DNA from: Nannocystis bainbridge | GTDB taxonomy: Bacteria; Myxococcota_A; Polyangia; Nannocystales; Nannocystaceae | Length of the DNA: 64,000 nucleotides | Assembly: GCF_028368995.1 (NCBI RefSeq) | Contig: NZ_JAQNDL010000003.1 | Coordinates: 2,528,001 to 2,592,000 of the forward strand | Reading direction: 5' to 3' | In this document: one piece after another, positions 1 through 11,211 of the stretch | Position numbering within the stretch: position 1 is the stretch's first letter | How the letters are laid out: every line of letters starts with the position of its first letter | Notes under the pieces: model-generated | Database searches by the model: none | Told to the model about the DNA's origin: nothing | Seen by the model: only the letters and a program-made list of their open reading frames with translations | Position numbers and translations under genes: made by a program

Positions 1-1590
1 GGGTTCGACCCCGAGGTCCTCCGCGCGTGGACCGGCGGCGGCATCGCTTACGAGACCAAGAAGATGGGCGACGCCCGCCGGGTCGCGCGGCTCAAGGCCG
101 GCCTCGAGAAGGACCTCAAGAAGGCCAAGCTCGACCCGACCGACCTCGAGCAGGCCAAGGGTCACCCCAAGCTCGGGCGCGCCTACGAAAATTGGCGCGC
201 GCTGCAGAGCAAGGTCGACGTCATCGACCACGCCCAGCGCCGGCTCCGCTGCGAGAAGATGTTCCAGTCGGCCGAGGGCGAGGGCACCTACACCAAGGGC
301 GAGTTCGACTCGGCGACCACCCACGCGCTGGCGCAGTTCGAGAAGAAGCACGCCATCATGGGCTGGGGCCACTTCACGCGCGAGAACATCGAGGCCCTGG
401 CGCGCACGCAGGACGAGAGCGCCCACCGCCGGCTGCTGCGGGTCGTCGAGGAGCGCGTCGTCTCGGCCGCGGCGATCGTCGAGGACGGCAGCGCCGCGCG
501 CTGGAAGTCCAAGTTCCGCTGGAAGGACCGCCGCGGCGAGGAGCAGCCGCTGCGCGACCTGGTGCGCGAGTCGGTCGACGCCGCCGTCGCCGCGCTCGAC
601 CTCGGCACCCCCGAGAAGGCCCGGCGCCAGCTCGACAAGCTCAGCGAGCTCGGCAGCGGCAACTTCGAGGACCTGCTGGTCGCGATCAAGCTGCCGCCGC
701 GGCCCGACTATTACCTCGAGGACATGACCTTCGAGGTCGTCATCGACCGCGGCGACGTCTGGTACGACTTCCCGTTCGACACCAGCGGCAAGCGCCTCAG
801 CCAGCCGCGCGAGCGCTACCCGCACATCACCGTCTACACCGTCTTCGACGGCCAGAAGATCCCGCTGATCCACTGGCGCACCACCATCGGCTCGTGGCGC
901 AGCGAGCTGTACGGCGGCGGCGAGCACTACAAGTACAAGGACTCCGACGTCGGCCCGCGGGTGTGGAAGGAGATCGTGGCGGCGCCGGTGTGGATCCCGC
1001 CGGCGACCACGCCGCCGCGCGAGCTGGTGCGCCGCAAGTGGAAGGACGGCCGGGTCCGCACGGTCGTCAACAACGCCGAGTTCGGGCCCAGCTACACCTC
1101 GGCCTACGGGCTCGTCGCGGCCTACCACATCAAAGAGATCAAGAACCCCGACGGCACCCTCAAGGCCGACTTCGACAACTCGATCCGGACCCACGGCAGC
1201 GTCGATTACATGTCGATCCTGCGCCGCTACTCGCACGGGTGTCACCGCCTCTACAACATGTCGGCGGTGCGGCTGTTCTCGTTCATCCTCGGCCACCGCC
1301 AGTTCATGCGCGAGGGCCAGATCAAGCTGGGGTTCTCCCGCGAGTTCGTGCACGAGAACCAGACCTTCAAGATCGCCCTCAAGACCCGGGGTTACCGTTA
1401 CAAGCTCGCCCAGCCGATCGCCGTCGATGTCACCGAGGGCCGGATCAAGGGCACGCGGCAGAAGCCGATCGAGGGCTACATCCCCAAGCCGAACGACACG
1501 CCTGCGCCCGCTGACGGCCCCGCCGCCGAGACGCCCGGCGCGACCGAGCCCGCAGCCTCCGCGGAGAGCAGCACGCTCAGCCCCAGCTGA
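1..1590 (+). CDS. L,D-transpeptidase (YkuD-like) with probable peptidoglycan-binding region; 5'-truncated by the window edge
   Basis: Frame is open from base 1. Catalytic motif IRTHG...SHGCHRL (HxxxxxxxxxxxSHGC). TTHALAQFEKKH resembles a PG-binding helix. Confidence 0.8.
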   Translation, partial: GFDPEVLRAWTGGGIAYETKKMGDARRVARLKAGLEKDLKKAKLDPTDLEQAKGHPKLGRAYENWRALQSKVDVIDHAQRRLRCEKMFQSAEGEGTYTKGEFDSATTHALAQFEKKHAIMGWGHFTRENIEALARTQDESAHRRLLRVVEERVVSAAAIVEDGSAARWKSKFRWKDRRGEEQPLRDLVRESVDAAVAALDLGTPEKARRQLDKLSELGSGNFEDLLVAIKLPPRPDYYLEDMTFEVVIDRGDVWYDFPFDTSGKRLSQPRERYPHITVYTVFDGQKIPLIHWRTTIGSWRSELYGGGEHYKYKDSDVGPRVWKEIVAAPVWIPPATTPPRELVRRKWKDGRVRTVVNNAEFGPSYTSAYGLVAAYHIKEIKNPDGTLKADFDNSIRTHGSVDYMSILRRYSHGCHRLYNMSAVRLFSFILGHRQFMREGQIKLGFSREFVHENQTFKIALKTRGYRYKLAQPIAVDVTEGRIKGTRQKPIEGYIPKPNDTPAPADGPAAETPGATEPAASAESSTLSPS

Positions 1591-1715
1591 TGTGGGTTAG
1601 CGCACCCACCTGCCAAGTCCTCGCCGCCACGCGCGTGTGCTGCAAGCCTCGCGTGGCGCGCCGGTCTCGTGTTCGCGCTTGCTGAGGCGCCGGCCCGGGC
1701 GCAAGATTCCGCGCC

Positions 1716-2519
1716 GTGCAGCGCAACCTCGAGACCGGCTTCGAAGACAGCTACCGTCGTCACCTCGTCGTCGAGCAACGCAAGGCCGTGCTCGAGACCA
1801 TCGCCCGCGAATTGAACCCGACGACGACGACGCTCGGCGACATCGTCGACGCCGCGCAAGAGCTCGGTTGGGGCGACGCGATGGGCGAGCTGTCGCTCGG
1901 TGAGTTCGCCGAGGCCCTGCTCGGCGGAGAGGTCGCCGCGCCGGCCCTGCCGCCCGCGGTCGCCGACGCCGGCCAGGACGACGACGAGGAGGCCGACGAG
2001 GTCGACGACGAGGACGAGGACGACGCGTTCGCCGACGCCGAAGAGGACGAAGACGACCTCAACGAGACCGAGGAAGACATCGCGCCGCCGCCTCCGCCCA
2101 AGGCCAGCAAGGCCAAGACCAAGGTCAAGGCCAAGGCCAGCGCCAAGAAGATCGCCAAGGCCGCCAAGGGCAAGAGCGGCCGCGCCGTCCCGACCCAGAC
2201 CGCGCTGCCCAACATCCCGGCCACCCCGGCCAAGAAGGGCGCCGCCGCCAGCAACAAGAAGCTGAGCAAGAAGGCCGCCAAGAAGGCCGCCATGTACGTC
2301 GCTGCCATGCAGGACGACAGCGACGCGATGAACCTCGACCAGGCCGCCAAGCTGCTGGTCCCGATCGTCCGCAAGCTCAAGGAGGCGACCATGCAGGACC
2401 TCGAGGAGCAGACCGGCATGGGTCGCCGCAAGCTGCGCTTCCACATCGGCCAGCTGGTCAAGCACGGCCGCCTCAAGCGCCACGGCATGGGCCGCGGCAC
2501 CTGCTACACCGTCAAGTGA
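1716..2519 (+). CDS. Putative DNA-binding/nucleoid protein: acidic tract, histone H1-like Lys/Ala tract, C-terminal winged HTH
   Basis: DDDEEADEVDDEDEDD and KAKTKVKAKASAKKIAKAAK segments. ATMQDLEEQTGMGRRKLRFHIGQLVKHGRLKRHGMGRGTCY fits a wHTH. Confidence 0.7.
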   Translation: MQRNLETGFEDSYRRHLVVEQRKAVLETIARELNPTTTTLGDIVDAAQELGWGDAMGELSLGEFAEALLGGEVAAPALPPAVADAGQDDDEEADEVDDEDEDDAFADAEEDEDDLNETEEDIAPPPPPKASKAKTKVKAKASAKKIAKAAKGKSGRAVPTQTALPNIPATPAKKGAAASNKKLSKKAAKKAAMYVAAMQDDSDAMNLDQAAKLLVPIVRKLKEATMQDLEEQTGMGRRKLRFHIGQLVKHGRLKRHGMGRGTCYTVK

Positions 2520-2520
2520 C

Positions 2521-2563
2521 CTGTCCTCCGGGCCAGGTGGAAGTCACCTGGCCCTCGGGACAG
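2521..2563. terminator. Hairpin between convergent genes, built from two copies of the 14-bp motif
   Basis: CTGTCC-tccg-GGCCAGGTG-gaagt-CACCTGGCC-ctcg-GGACAG directly after the stop at 2519. Confidence 0.5.
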
Positions 2564-2622
2564 TCTGTCCGCCGACCGCGGCGCCCCCGATGTCCCGGCG
2601 GCGCCGCTTCGCGCGTCCGGCC

Positions 2623-5049
2623 TCAGCCCGGCAGCGGGCACTTGCCGGTGCCGCTGGCCGAGTTGTTGTCGACCCGGCACTCGTGCCACGCGTGCATCGG
2701 CATCGCATCGTCGACGACCACCCACACCACCGACGACCCGTCGAGCACCGCGGGCGGCGCGTTGGGCAGCAGCAGCGTCACGTCCTCGGCCTCGGCCGGG
2801 TACAGCACCTTGGTCGTCAAACCCGAGCCGAGCAGCACGCCGCCGTCGTTCGGGTCGCCCTCGAAGAAATGCACCGGCACGCCGGCCGGCACCGACGCCT
2901 CGCCGATGTTGCGCACGCGCCCGACCAGCCCGTACGGGTCGGGCTCGCACGCCAGACGCAGGTCGACGATCAGGTCGGGCGCCGCGAACTCGCCCTCGGG
3001 CTGGACGTTCTGGCGGTAGTTGTTGAGCCCGGGCGTGAGCCAGTTGGTCGGCTCGATCGCGGGGATCTTCCCGCCCTCCTCGGTGTTCGTGACGTGATAC
3101 GCGTGCTGGTTCCACACCCGCCGCGTCCGCACCCACTGGCCCTCGCTGTCGCCGAAGATCCGCACGCCCGTCTGCTTGGTCCCGTCGCAGGTGATGCCCG
3201 AGTAGTTGTTCGAGACCGCGACGATGTCCGCGTGGCCGTCGCTGTCCACGTCGGCGATCACCGGGTACTCCTGCAGCGTGCCGGTGGTATTGCAAGTGCT
3301 CCACAGCTCCTCGCCGTCGCTGCCGCGGTAGACGCGGAGCCGGATCTCGTCGGAGTAGACCACCTCCGCGCTGCCGTCGCCGTCGAAGTCGAACACCGAC
3401 GAGCCCGTCGACGCCGACGAGCAGTCGCGCGTCTGCTTGATCCACATGAACGTGTCCGCGTCGGCCACGTTCGGGTCCATCAGCTTCTTGCCGTCGAACA
3501 CCGCGTAGCCGACCCCGCCCGCGACCGCCACGTCGGGCGTGCCGTCGCCGTTGAAGTCGGCGATCGTCGGCGGCCCGCCGCCGCGCAGGTTGCCGGCCGA
3601 GCCCTCCGGGCACAGTTCCGGCGACAGCGCCCCGTTGATGTCGATGCCGGCGCGGAGGATCTGCGCCCCGCCCATCGCCTGCGGGTCGTGGCGCCACAGC
3701 AGCAGGTGGTGCGGCACCGTCATGCTGTTGGCGTTCGAGATCACCGCGACCTCCGGCTTGCCGTCGAGGTCGAGGTCGGCGATCGCGGGATAGGTCCCCT
3801 CGAGCCCGGTCGTCGCCAGCACCCCGCCGGCCGCGTTGAAGGCCCCGCGCGAGTAGACGATGTCGAGCTGCCCGTCGACATCGAGGTCGGCCGCCATGTT
3901 GTGACCGCCGACGCCGAGCATCAGCTTCGTCGCCCCCGTCGCTCCGTCGAGCACCGCGCCCGGCACCAGGATCTCCGGCTTGCCGTCCTGGTCGAGGTCC
4001 GCGATCGACACGAAGTTACAGGCCCCGCTGTACGTCGAGGTCCACAGCGGCTGGCCGTCGCCGGTGAACGCCCGCGTCTTGCCGCTCGACGAGCAGGCCA
4101 CCAGCTCGTTGCCCGGCAGGCCGTCGATGTCAGCGCCGGCCAGCTCGCGCCCGGGCGCGATCGGGTCGACCATGCCGGCGTTGTAGCTCCACTTCTCGAC
4201 GATCTCGCCGCCGACGATCGAGATCACGCGGATCGTCCCGTTGTCCTGATAGACCCCGCCGACGAACGTCGTGAACGCGATCTCCGGGATGTCGCGCTCG
4301 TCGACGATGCTGTCGCAGTTGTCGTCGTCGAGCTGGACCACGATCGGCGTCATCATCACCGTGCCGGCGTCCCAGTGGTACTTGACCGACGGCGTGAACT
4401 GGCCCGCGCCCGGGATGTACTGACAGGATGCCAGGCAGGTCGGCGGATCGCCCGGGTCCTCGCCCTCCAGGCACTTCGGCGGCGCCGGCAGGCACTTGCC
4501 CGTGGCCGGCACGATCCCGCCCATGCACATCTCGTCGCCGCCCATCATCGCCGGCTCGCCGAGGCTGTACTCGCAGTACTCCTCGTCGGCGCACTCGCTG
4601 GCGTCGATGCACGCATCGCCCGGCGTCACGCAGGCGTTGAACGAGCAGATGTCGCCCTGCGGGCAGCACACCTCGCCGCACGCGTGGTCCTCGTCCGGGC
4701 AGCACTCGGCGCCGATGCACACGCCCCCCTTCGCCTCGCAGTCGGCCGGGCACACCGCGCCGCCCGTCGTCTCGCTCGTGCTGCCCGTCGTCGGCTCGCC
4801 GGTCGTGGTCGACTCCGCCGCCGTCGTCGCCTCGCTCGCCGACTCGCTCCCGCCGCCCTCGCTCGTCGAAGTCGGCGCCGTCTCCGTCCCCGTCGGCGCC
4901 GTCTCCGTCCCCGTCGGCGCGCCCGTCCCGGTCGTCGGACCGCCCGTCATCGTCAGCCCCGCGCTGTCCGTCCGCCCGTCGTCCCCACAACCGCTCAGCG
5001 CCCCGCACAGCGCCGCTGCCCAGCCGATTCCCCGCAAGCTCGTCGTCAT
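2623..5049 (-). CDS. FG-GAP/VCBS repeat lipoprotein with Thr-rich stalk, Cys-rich region and C-terminal CARDB-like domain
   Basis: Signal and lipobox MTTSLRGIGWAAALCGALSGC. Multiple ADLDxDGxPE repeats. VRNIG CARDB-like motif. Confidence 0.85.
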   Translation of the reverse strand: MTTSLRGIGWAAALCGALSGCGDDGRTDSAGLTMTGGPTTGTGAPTGTETAPTGTETAPTSTSEGGGSESASEATTAAESTTTGEPTTGSTSETTGGAVCPADCEAKGGVCIGAECCPDEDHACGEVCCPQGDICSFNACVTPGDACIDASECADEEYCEYSLGEPAMMGGDEMCMGGIVPATGKCLPAPPKCLEGEDPGDPPTCLASCQYIPGAGQFTPSVKYHWDAGTVMMTPIVVQLDDDNCDSIVDERDIPEIAFTTFVGGVYQDNGTIRVISIVGGEIVEKWSYNAGMVDPIAPGRELAGADIDGLPGNELVACSSSGKTRAFTGDGQPLWTSTYSGACNFVSIADLDQDGKPEILVPGAVLDGATGATKLMLGVGGHNMAADLDVDGQLDIVYSRGAFNAAGGVLATTGLEGTYPAIADLDLDGKPEVAVISNANSMTVPHHLLLWRHDPQAMGGAQILRAGIDINGALSPELCPEGSAGNLRGGGPPTIADFNGDGTPDVAVAGGVGYAVFDGKKLMDPNVADADTFMWIKQTRDCSSASTGSSVFDFDGDGSAEVVYSDEIRLRVYRGSDGEELWSTCNTTGTLQEYPVIADVDSDGHADIVAVSNNYSGITCDGTKQTGVRIFGDSEGQWVRTRRVWNQHAYHVTNTEEGGKIPAIEPTNWLTPGLNNYRQNVQPEGEFAAPDLIVDLRLACEPDPYGLVGRVRNIGEASVPAGVPVHFFEGDPNDGGVLLGSGLTTKVLYPAEAEDVTLLLPNAPPAVLDGSSVVWVVVDDAMPMHAWHECRVDNNSASGTGKCPLPG

Positions 5050-5571
5050 CGGGCGGCAGGGTACAGACGCCCGCGCGAGCCGAGCAAGCCGCCGCGTGCG
5101 TCTCGTTGCGCGCCGCGTCCGCTGCGCGGCTCGATAACGATCGACGAAATCCACGTCACGCCGCGACCCCGCGACTTCCTCGTCGCTTTTAACATGTCCT
5201 GAAGGACAGGACATGTCCTGCGAATCCGCAGCGCGCCGCCGACCTGTCCCGCGCCGCAGCGCCGACGTAACCGATCGAACTACATGTCCGCAAAGACAGG
5301 TCCATCCGCAAGGTCGGAGCCGGGCCGGCGGACCCGCCGCCGTACGATCTTCCGTCGCGCACCCATCCGGACGGTCCCCCCGCGCCCCCTCGCCTCGTCG
5401 GGCCCCGACTGGCAGAGAGGCGGCCCTTTCGTAACTTTTGGCGTGCGCAACTGCGCCGCGCGATTCGACGCCGGCGCACGTCTGCTGGTGCCCCGAGACC
5501 ACACTCTGTTATTGAAGAGGGGTTTCTGGGCGACAGTTCTTTTCGCGGCCTGGCGCCGGCGTGGAGGAGTC

Positions 5572-7944
5572 ATGAAGCGATCCATCATCCGAATCAGCCA
5601 TCATTGTGCATCTGTCCTTTCGACCATGTGGATAGTGACCGCTTGCGGTCAGGGCGATCCGACGGCCACCGCGGGTGCGACCGACGGCTCGACTACCAGC
5701 GAGGTCCAGACCGGTACGACCGCCCCGGCCTCGACCGGCGTCATCCCGACCACCGGCACGCCGACGACGACGACGACGATCGGCATGAGCGGCACCGTCG
5801 ATCCGACCACCGACGGTCCTTCGACCACGACGACCACCACCACCGGCGAGACCGACAGCACCACCGGCGAGCCCGACCCCGTCTGCGGCGACGGCCAGCT
5901 CGACCCGGGCGAAGCCTGCGACGACGGCCCCGACAACGGCGCTGGCAAGCCGTGCAACATGCAGTGTCAGGCCAACACTTGCGGCGACGGCGATCAGGGC
6001 CCCGGCGAGGAGTGTGACGACGGCGCCGACAACATGGACACCAATAGCTGCAAGGCCGACTGCACCGACAACGTCTGCGGCGACGGGGCCGTCGGGCCGG
6101 GCGAGGGCTGCGACGACGGCAACGAAGACGATAGCGACGACTGTACCAATTCCTGCGCGCTCGCCAGCTGCGGCGACGGTATCGTCGCCCCGACCGAGCA
6201 GTGTGACGACGGCAACGCCGACAACAGCGACGATTGCACCGACACCTGCACCGACGCCACCTGCAGCGACGGTCACGTCCAGGACAGCGTCGGCGAACAG
6301 TGCGACGACGGCAACGCCAACGCCGACAACGCCGCCTGCACCACCAGCTGCAAGCTCAACGTCTGCGGCGACGGGGCCCTCTACAACACCGGCGACGGCA
6401 TCGAGGAGTGCGACGACGGCGTCGACAACGGGGCAGGCAAGGCCTGCAACGCCGGGTGTCAATTCAACACCTGCGGCGACGGCGACCAGGGCCCCGGCGA
6501 GGCCTGCGACGACGGCGACCTCGATCCGGGCGACGGCTGCTCGGCCACTTGCAAGCTCGAGGAGTGCGGCAACGGCACCCTCGATCCGGGCGAGGACTGC
6601 GACGACGGGCAGAACGGCGATGACGACGACGGCTGCACCGACAGCTGCGAGCTCCCCGCCTGCGGCGACGGCATCCATCAGCCCAACGAGGGCGAGCAGT
6701 GCGACTTCGGCGGCAGCAACAGCGACAGCGGCGCCTGCACCGTCGCTTGCAAGCTCGCCACCTGCGGCGACAGTTTCGTCCAGGCCAACGTCGAGCAGTG
6801 CGACGACGGCGTCAACAACGGCCCCGGCAAGCCGTGCAACGCCATGTGCAAGACCAACATCTGCGGCGACGGCGACAAGAGCCCCAGCGAGGCCTGCGAC
6901 GACGGCAACCAGAGCAACGACGACGCCTGCACCAACGTCTGCAAGCTCGCCACCTGCGGCGACGGCTTCAAGCAGCCCGGCGAGCAGTGTGACGCCGGCA
7001 TCGGCAACAGCAACACCGGCGTCTGCACCCTCGCCTGCAAGAACCCGATCTGCGGCGACACCTTCGTCCAGCCCGGCAAGGGCGAGCAGTGCGACGACGG
7101 CAACCTGTCCGACAACGACGCCTGCCTCAACACCTGCAAGTCCGCCAGCTGCGGCGACGCCATCGTCCATCAGGGCGTGGAGCAGTGCGACGACGGCAAC
7201 GCCAACAACAACGATTTCTGCAACAATCAGTGTCTGCTGCCGACCTGCAGCGACGGCGTCAAGAACGGCAGCGAGAGCGACGTCGACTGCGGCGGCTCGT
7301 GTGGCAAGTGCGGCCTCGGCGGCTCGTGCCAGAACAACAGCGACTGCGCCCAGCAGGCCTGCATCAACAACGTCTGCGCATTGACCAAGAGCTGCAAGGA
7401 GCTCAAGCAGGCCAACCCCGCGCTCGGCGACGGCGACTACACCATCGATCCGGACGCCGGCGGCGCGGTCCAGCCGCTCGTCGTCCATTGCGACATGGAC
7501 GCCGGCGCCTGCGGCTACACCATGGTCCGCTTCAACGATAACGCGCTCGGCAGCCACCAGGACGCCTACACCAACAAGTGCGCCGCCGTCGGCATGGAGG
7601 TCATCGTCCCGCGGACAAAGGTCCACGCCACCGCGATCGTCGGCTGGAACGGCGGCGTCGTGCCCAACCTCTACAACGTGTTCCCCAAGAACAACGGCGC
7701 CCAGGCCATCACCAACTGGACCGGCCGCTGCCAGGGCCAGCCGTGCACGTTCTGGATGACCGACAACGCCCAGGGCAACGTCTCGTGCATGGCGCCGCCC
7801 TCGTTCGAGCCCAACGGCGACAACAGCGTCAATTATCGCATCTACAAGTGGAACGAGGGCTGCGGCATCGAGGGCGGCTGGAACGACGCCAACGCCTCGG
7901 TCATGTACACCGGCTGGGTGGTCTGCTCGACCAACGACTGCTGA
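5572..7944 (+). CDS. Myxococcus cysteine-rich repeat (DUF4215-type) lipoprotein with fibrinogen-like hinge and variable C-terminal domain
   Basis: GGAGG RBS. VTAC lipobox. Many CGDG...GEeCDDGN repeats. SCKELK...GDYTIDPD...VHCDMD. Confidence 0.85.
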   Translation: MKRSIIRISHHCASVLSTMWIVTACGQGDPTATAGATDGSTTSEVQTGTTAPASTGVIPTTGTPTTTTTIGMSGTVDPTTDGPSTTTTTTTGETDSTTGEPDPVCGDGQLDPGEACDDGPDNGAGKPCNMQCQANTCGDGDQGPGEECDDGADNMDTNSCKADCTDNVCGDGAVGPGEGCDDGNEDDSDDCTNSCALASCGDGIVAPTEQCDDGNADNSDDCTDTCTDATCSDGHVQDSVGEQCDDGNANADNAACTTSCKLNVCGDGALYNTGDGIEECDDGVDNGAGKACNAGCQFNTCGDGDQGPGEACDDGDLDPGDGCSATCKLEECGNGTLDPGEDCDDGQNGDDDDGCTDSCELPACGDGIHQPNEGEQCDFGGSNSDSGACTVACKLATCGDSFVQANVEQCDDGVNNGPGKPCNAMCKTNICGDGDKSPSEACDDGNQSNDDACTNVCKLATCGDGFKQPGEQCDAGIGNSNTGVCTLACKNPICGDTFVQPGKGEQCDDGNLSDNDACLNTCKSASCGDAIVHQGVEQCDDGNANNNDFCNNQCLLPTCSDGVKNGSESDVDCGGSCGKCGLGGSCQNNSDCAQQACINNVCALTKSCKELKQANPALGDGDYTIDPDAGGAVQPLVVHCDMDAGACGYTMVRFNDNALGSHQDAYTNKCAAVGMEVIVPRTKVHATAIVGWNGGVVPNLYNVFPKNNGAQAITNWTGRCQGQPCTFWMTDNAQGNVSCMAPPSFEPNGDNSVNYRIYKWNEGCGIEGGWNDANASVMYTGWVVCSTNDC

Positions 7945-8166
7945 GCGTGGGTCGCCGCGCCGCCCCGCTCCAGGGGTGGCGCGGCCTCGATCGAGCCGTG
8001 ACACTCGACCGCCACGAGCCGACGAATGTCCGCAGTCGCGGCGAACCTTGTCCCCGCAATTACCTGGTCGTCCGCTGACGACATTTGTCCGGCGAAAACC
8101 TCGCGCGACCTCGCGCGCCCGGCCGCAGCTTGACCCGGCTGCAGACCCGGGCGCACCCTCGGGCCA

Positions 8167-8994
8167 GTGCTCTCGCCTCGACTCGCCGCGATCCGTGCGC
8201 CGATCCTCGTGATCTGGCTCGCCGCGGCGCTGCTCGCCGCGATCGATTTCCTCCGCGACGTCGAGCCCGCCCACGTGCGGCTGGCCCTCTTCATCGCCAC
8301 CGTCGTCGTCGAGGTGCTCGCGCTCGTCACCGCGATGGCCGGGCGGCGCGCCCTTCCTCATGACGATCCGACCCGCGGCGCCAGCACGGCGATCTGCCTC
8401 GGCCTCGCCCTGCGCGTCGCCGCCGAGCTCCGCCTCGGGCTGATGTACCTCTCGGCGGTCCCTGCGGTCATCCTCAAGCGCCCCGCGCTCGCCGACGCCT
8501 TCTTCTACGGTGGCCGCTATTTCTACATCGCCGCCGACCTCGCCCTGCTGCTCGGCGTCGTCCGCACCCTCGGCGGTCTGCGGCGCAGCGGCATCGGCAT
8601 TCGCCCGCGGCCGCGCGACCTCCTGGTCCTGCTATTCGTCATCCCGCTGCCGATCGCGGTCTATGCATTGCAGGTGGACGTCGATCTCTCGTCGGGCGAC
8701 ACCGGCATCATCACCTTCCGCCTGCTCGCCGCTGGTGTCGGCGCCGTCGTCGGTGGTTATTGCATCGCCCTCGCCGGCGCCGCCTTGCAGCTGGGTGGCA
8801 CCTGGGCGTGGATCTGGGGCGCCGCCGGCGTCGCCGGGATCGCCCGCGCGCTCGCCTTCGTCGCCGCCGCCGCCGCCGAGAGCGCGCTGCCGCGGGCCGG
8901 CTCGATCCTCCTCGAGCAGGGCCTGCTGTGGACATTCGCCTGCGCCTGGCTGCTCGCCACCGCGCTGCACTGGCAGCACGTGCGGCGGACCTGA
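8167..8994 (+). CDS. Multi-pass membrane protein of unknown function
   Basis: About 7-8 hydrophobic helices; host-like codon use. Confidence 0.65.
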   Translation: MLSPRLAAIRAPILVIWLAAALLAAIDFLRDVEPAHVRLALFIATVVVEVLALVTAMAGRRALPHDDPTRGASTAICLGLALRVAAELRLGLMYLSAVPAVILKRPALADAFFYGGRYFYIAADLALLLGVVRTLGGLRRSGIGIRPRPRDLLVLLFVIPLPIAVYALQVDVDLSSGDTGIITFRLLAAGVGAVVGGYCIALAGAALQLGGTWAWIWGAAGVAGIARALAFVAAAAAESALPRAGSILLEQGLLWTFACAWLLATALHWQHVRRT

Positions 8995-9147
8995 TCGCGC
9001 GCCGTCGCCAATCAAAAGCGACTCTCATGATTCGCGCCGCGAGCTCACCGCGGCCTCGCGGACCCACGCTTCAGGTCACGCCCTCGCGCCCGCGAACGCC
9101 TCCACGCGCGCTGATACGCGCCCGCGCCTCGCCGCCCCGGCGTTACG

Positions 9148-10263
<1,116 letters not shown>

Positions 10264-10393
10264 GTCCCGCCGCGGCCACCCGGCCCCGCCCGCGGCGATC
10301 GCTCGCGGACCCGCCCCCATCGGCCCGTCCGGGCGCCCCGGCGACCCGCCCTTGCGCGCCGCGGACGAGCCCCGGCATCATGGGCCCGCACGC

Positions 10394-11134
10394 ATGCACA
10401 GCCGTCACTTGATGCTCGAGAGCCCCGCCATGGGGCGCAAGGTTCACCTGTGGTGTTATGGCCATTTCGGCCCGCCCGTCATCGTCTTCCCCTCGGCCGC
10501 CGGCTTCGCCCACGAGTGGGATCGCCACGGCATGTTCGAGGTCCTCGGCCCGCTCGTGCGCGCCGGCAAGGTCAAGTTCTACTGCCCCGAGAGCAACGTC
10601 TCCCAGGTGTGGACTGACAAGGAGAGCTCGATCGCCGCGCGCATGGAGAAGCACCGCGCCTACGAGTCCTTCATCCTCGACACCCTCGTGCCGTTCATCC
10701 GCGAGGACTGCAACTGGCCGACCGCGCCGATGACCGCCGTCGGCTGCAGCCTCGGCGGCACCTACGCCGCCCTGTTCGCGCTCAAGTACCCCGAGACCTT
10801 CCGCCAGGTGCTGTGCATGAGCGGCCGCTACCTGACCACCGAGCTGACCGGCAAGCACAACGACGCCGAGCTCTACTTCAACAACCCGCTCGCCTTCGTC
10901 CCCGGCCTGCGCGGCGAGCACCTCGAGCGCCTGCGCCGCAACACCCACCTCACCCTCGTGTGCGGCCGCGGGGCCTACGAGGAGGGCTGCATCGAGGAGA
11001 CCATCGCCCTCGGCCAGCTGCTGCGCGAGAAGGACATCCCCAGCGTCACCGACATCTGGGGCCGCGAGTCGCGCCACGAATGGGACTGGTGGCAGCGCCA
11101 GGTCGCCGTCCACCTGCCGCGCCTGCTCGGCTGA
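10394..11134 (+). CDS. Putative esterase, alpha/beta hydrolase fold
   Basis: GCSLGG nucleophile elbow; HEWDWW C-terminal His motif; YGHFG.PV.VFP N-terminus. Confidence 0.8.
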   Translation: MHSRHLMLESPAMGRKVHLWCYGHFGPPVIVFPSAAGFAHEWDRHGMFEVLGPLVRAGKVKFYCPESNVSQVWTDKESSIAARMEKHRAYESFILDTLVPFIREDCNWPTAPMTAVGCSLGGTYAALFALKYPETFRQVLCMSGRYLTTELTGKHNDAELYFNNPLAFVPGLRGEHLERLRRNTHLTLVCGRGAYEEGCIEETIALGQLLREKDIPSVTDIWGRESRHEWDWWQRQVAVHLPRLLG

Positions 11135-11137
11135 GCC

Positions 11138-11207
11138 TGATCCTTCGGGCATGTCCCATCGGACATGCTCCTTCGGACCTGTCCTTTCGCACCTGCTCCT
11201 CGGGAAC
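11138..11207. repeat. Five tandem 14-bp TGTCC-N4-GGACA-type units
   Basis: TGATCCTTCGGGCA/TGTCCCATCGGACA/TGCTCCTTCGGACC/TGTCCTTTCGCACC/TGCTCCTCGGGAAC. Confidence 0.75.
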
Positions 11208-11211
11208 ACCC

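Noticed and set aside
4871-4921. 21-bp tandem repeat
   Set aside because: Coding repeat (TGTETAP) in a low-complexity stalk
5209-5218. GGACATGTCC equals the p53 half-site consensus
   Set aside because: It is simply the junction of two motif arms; there is no evidence of a p53-like protein
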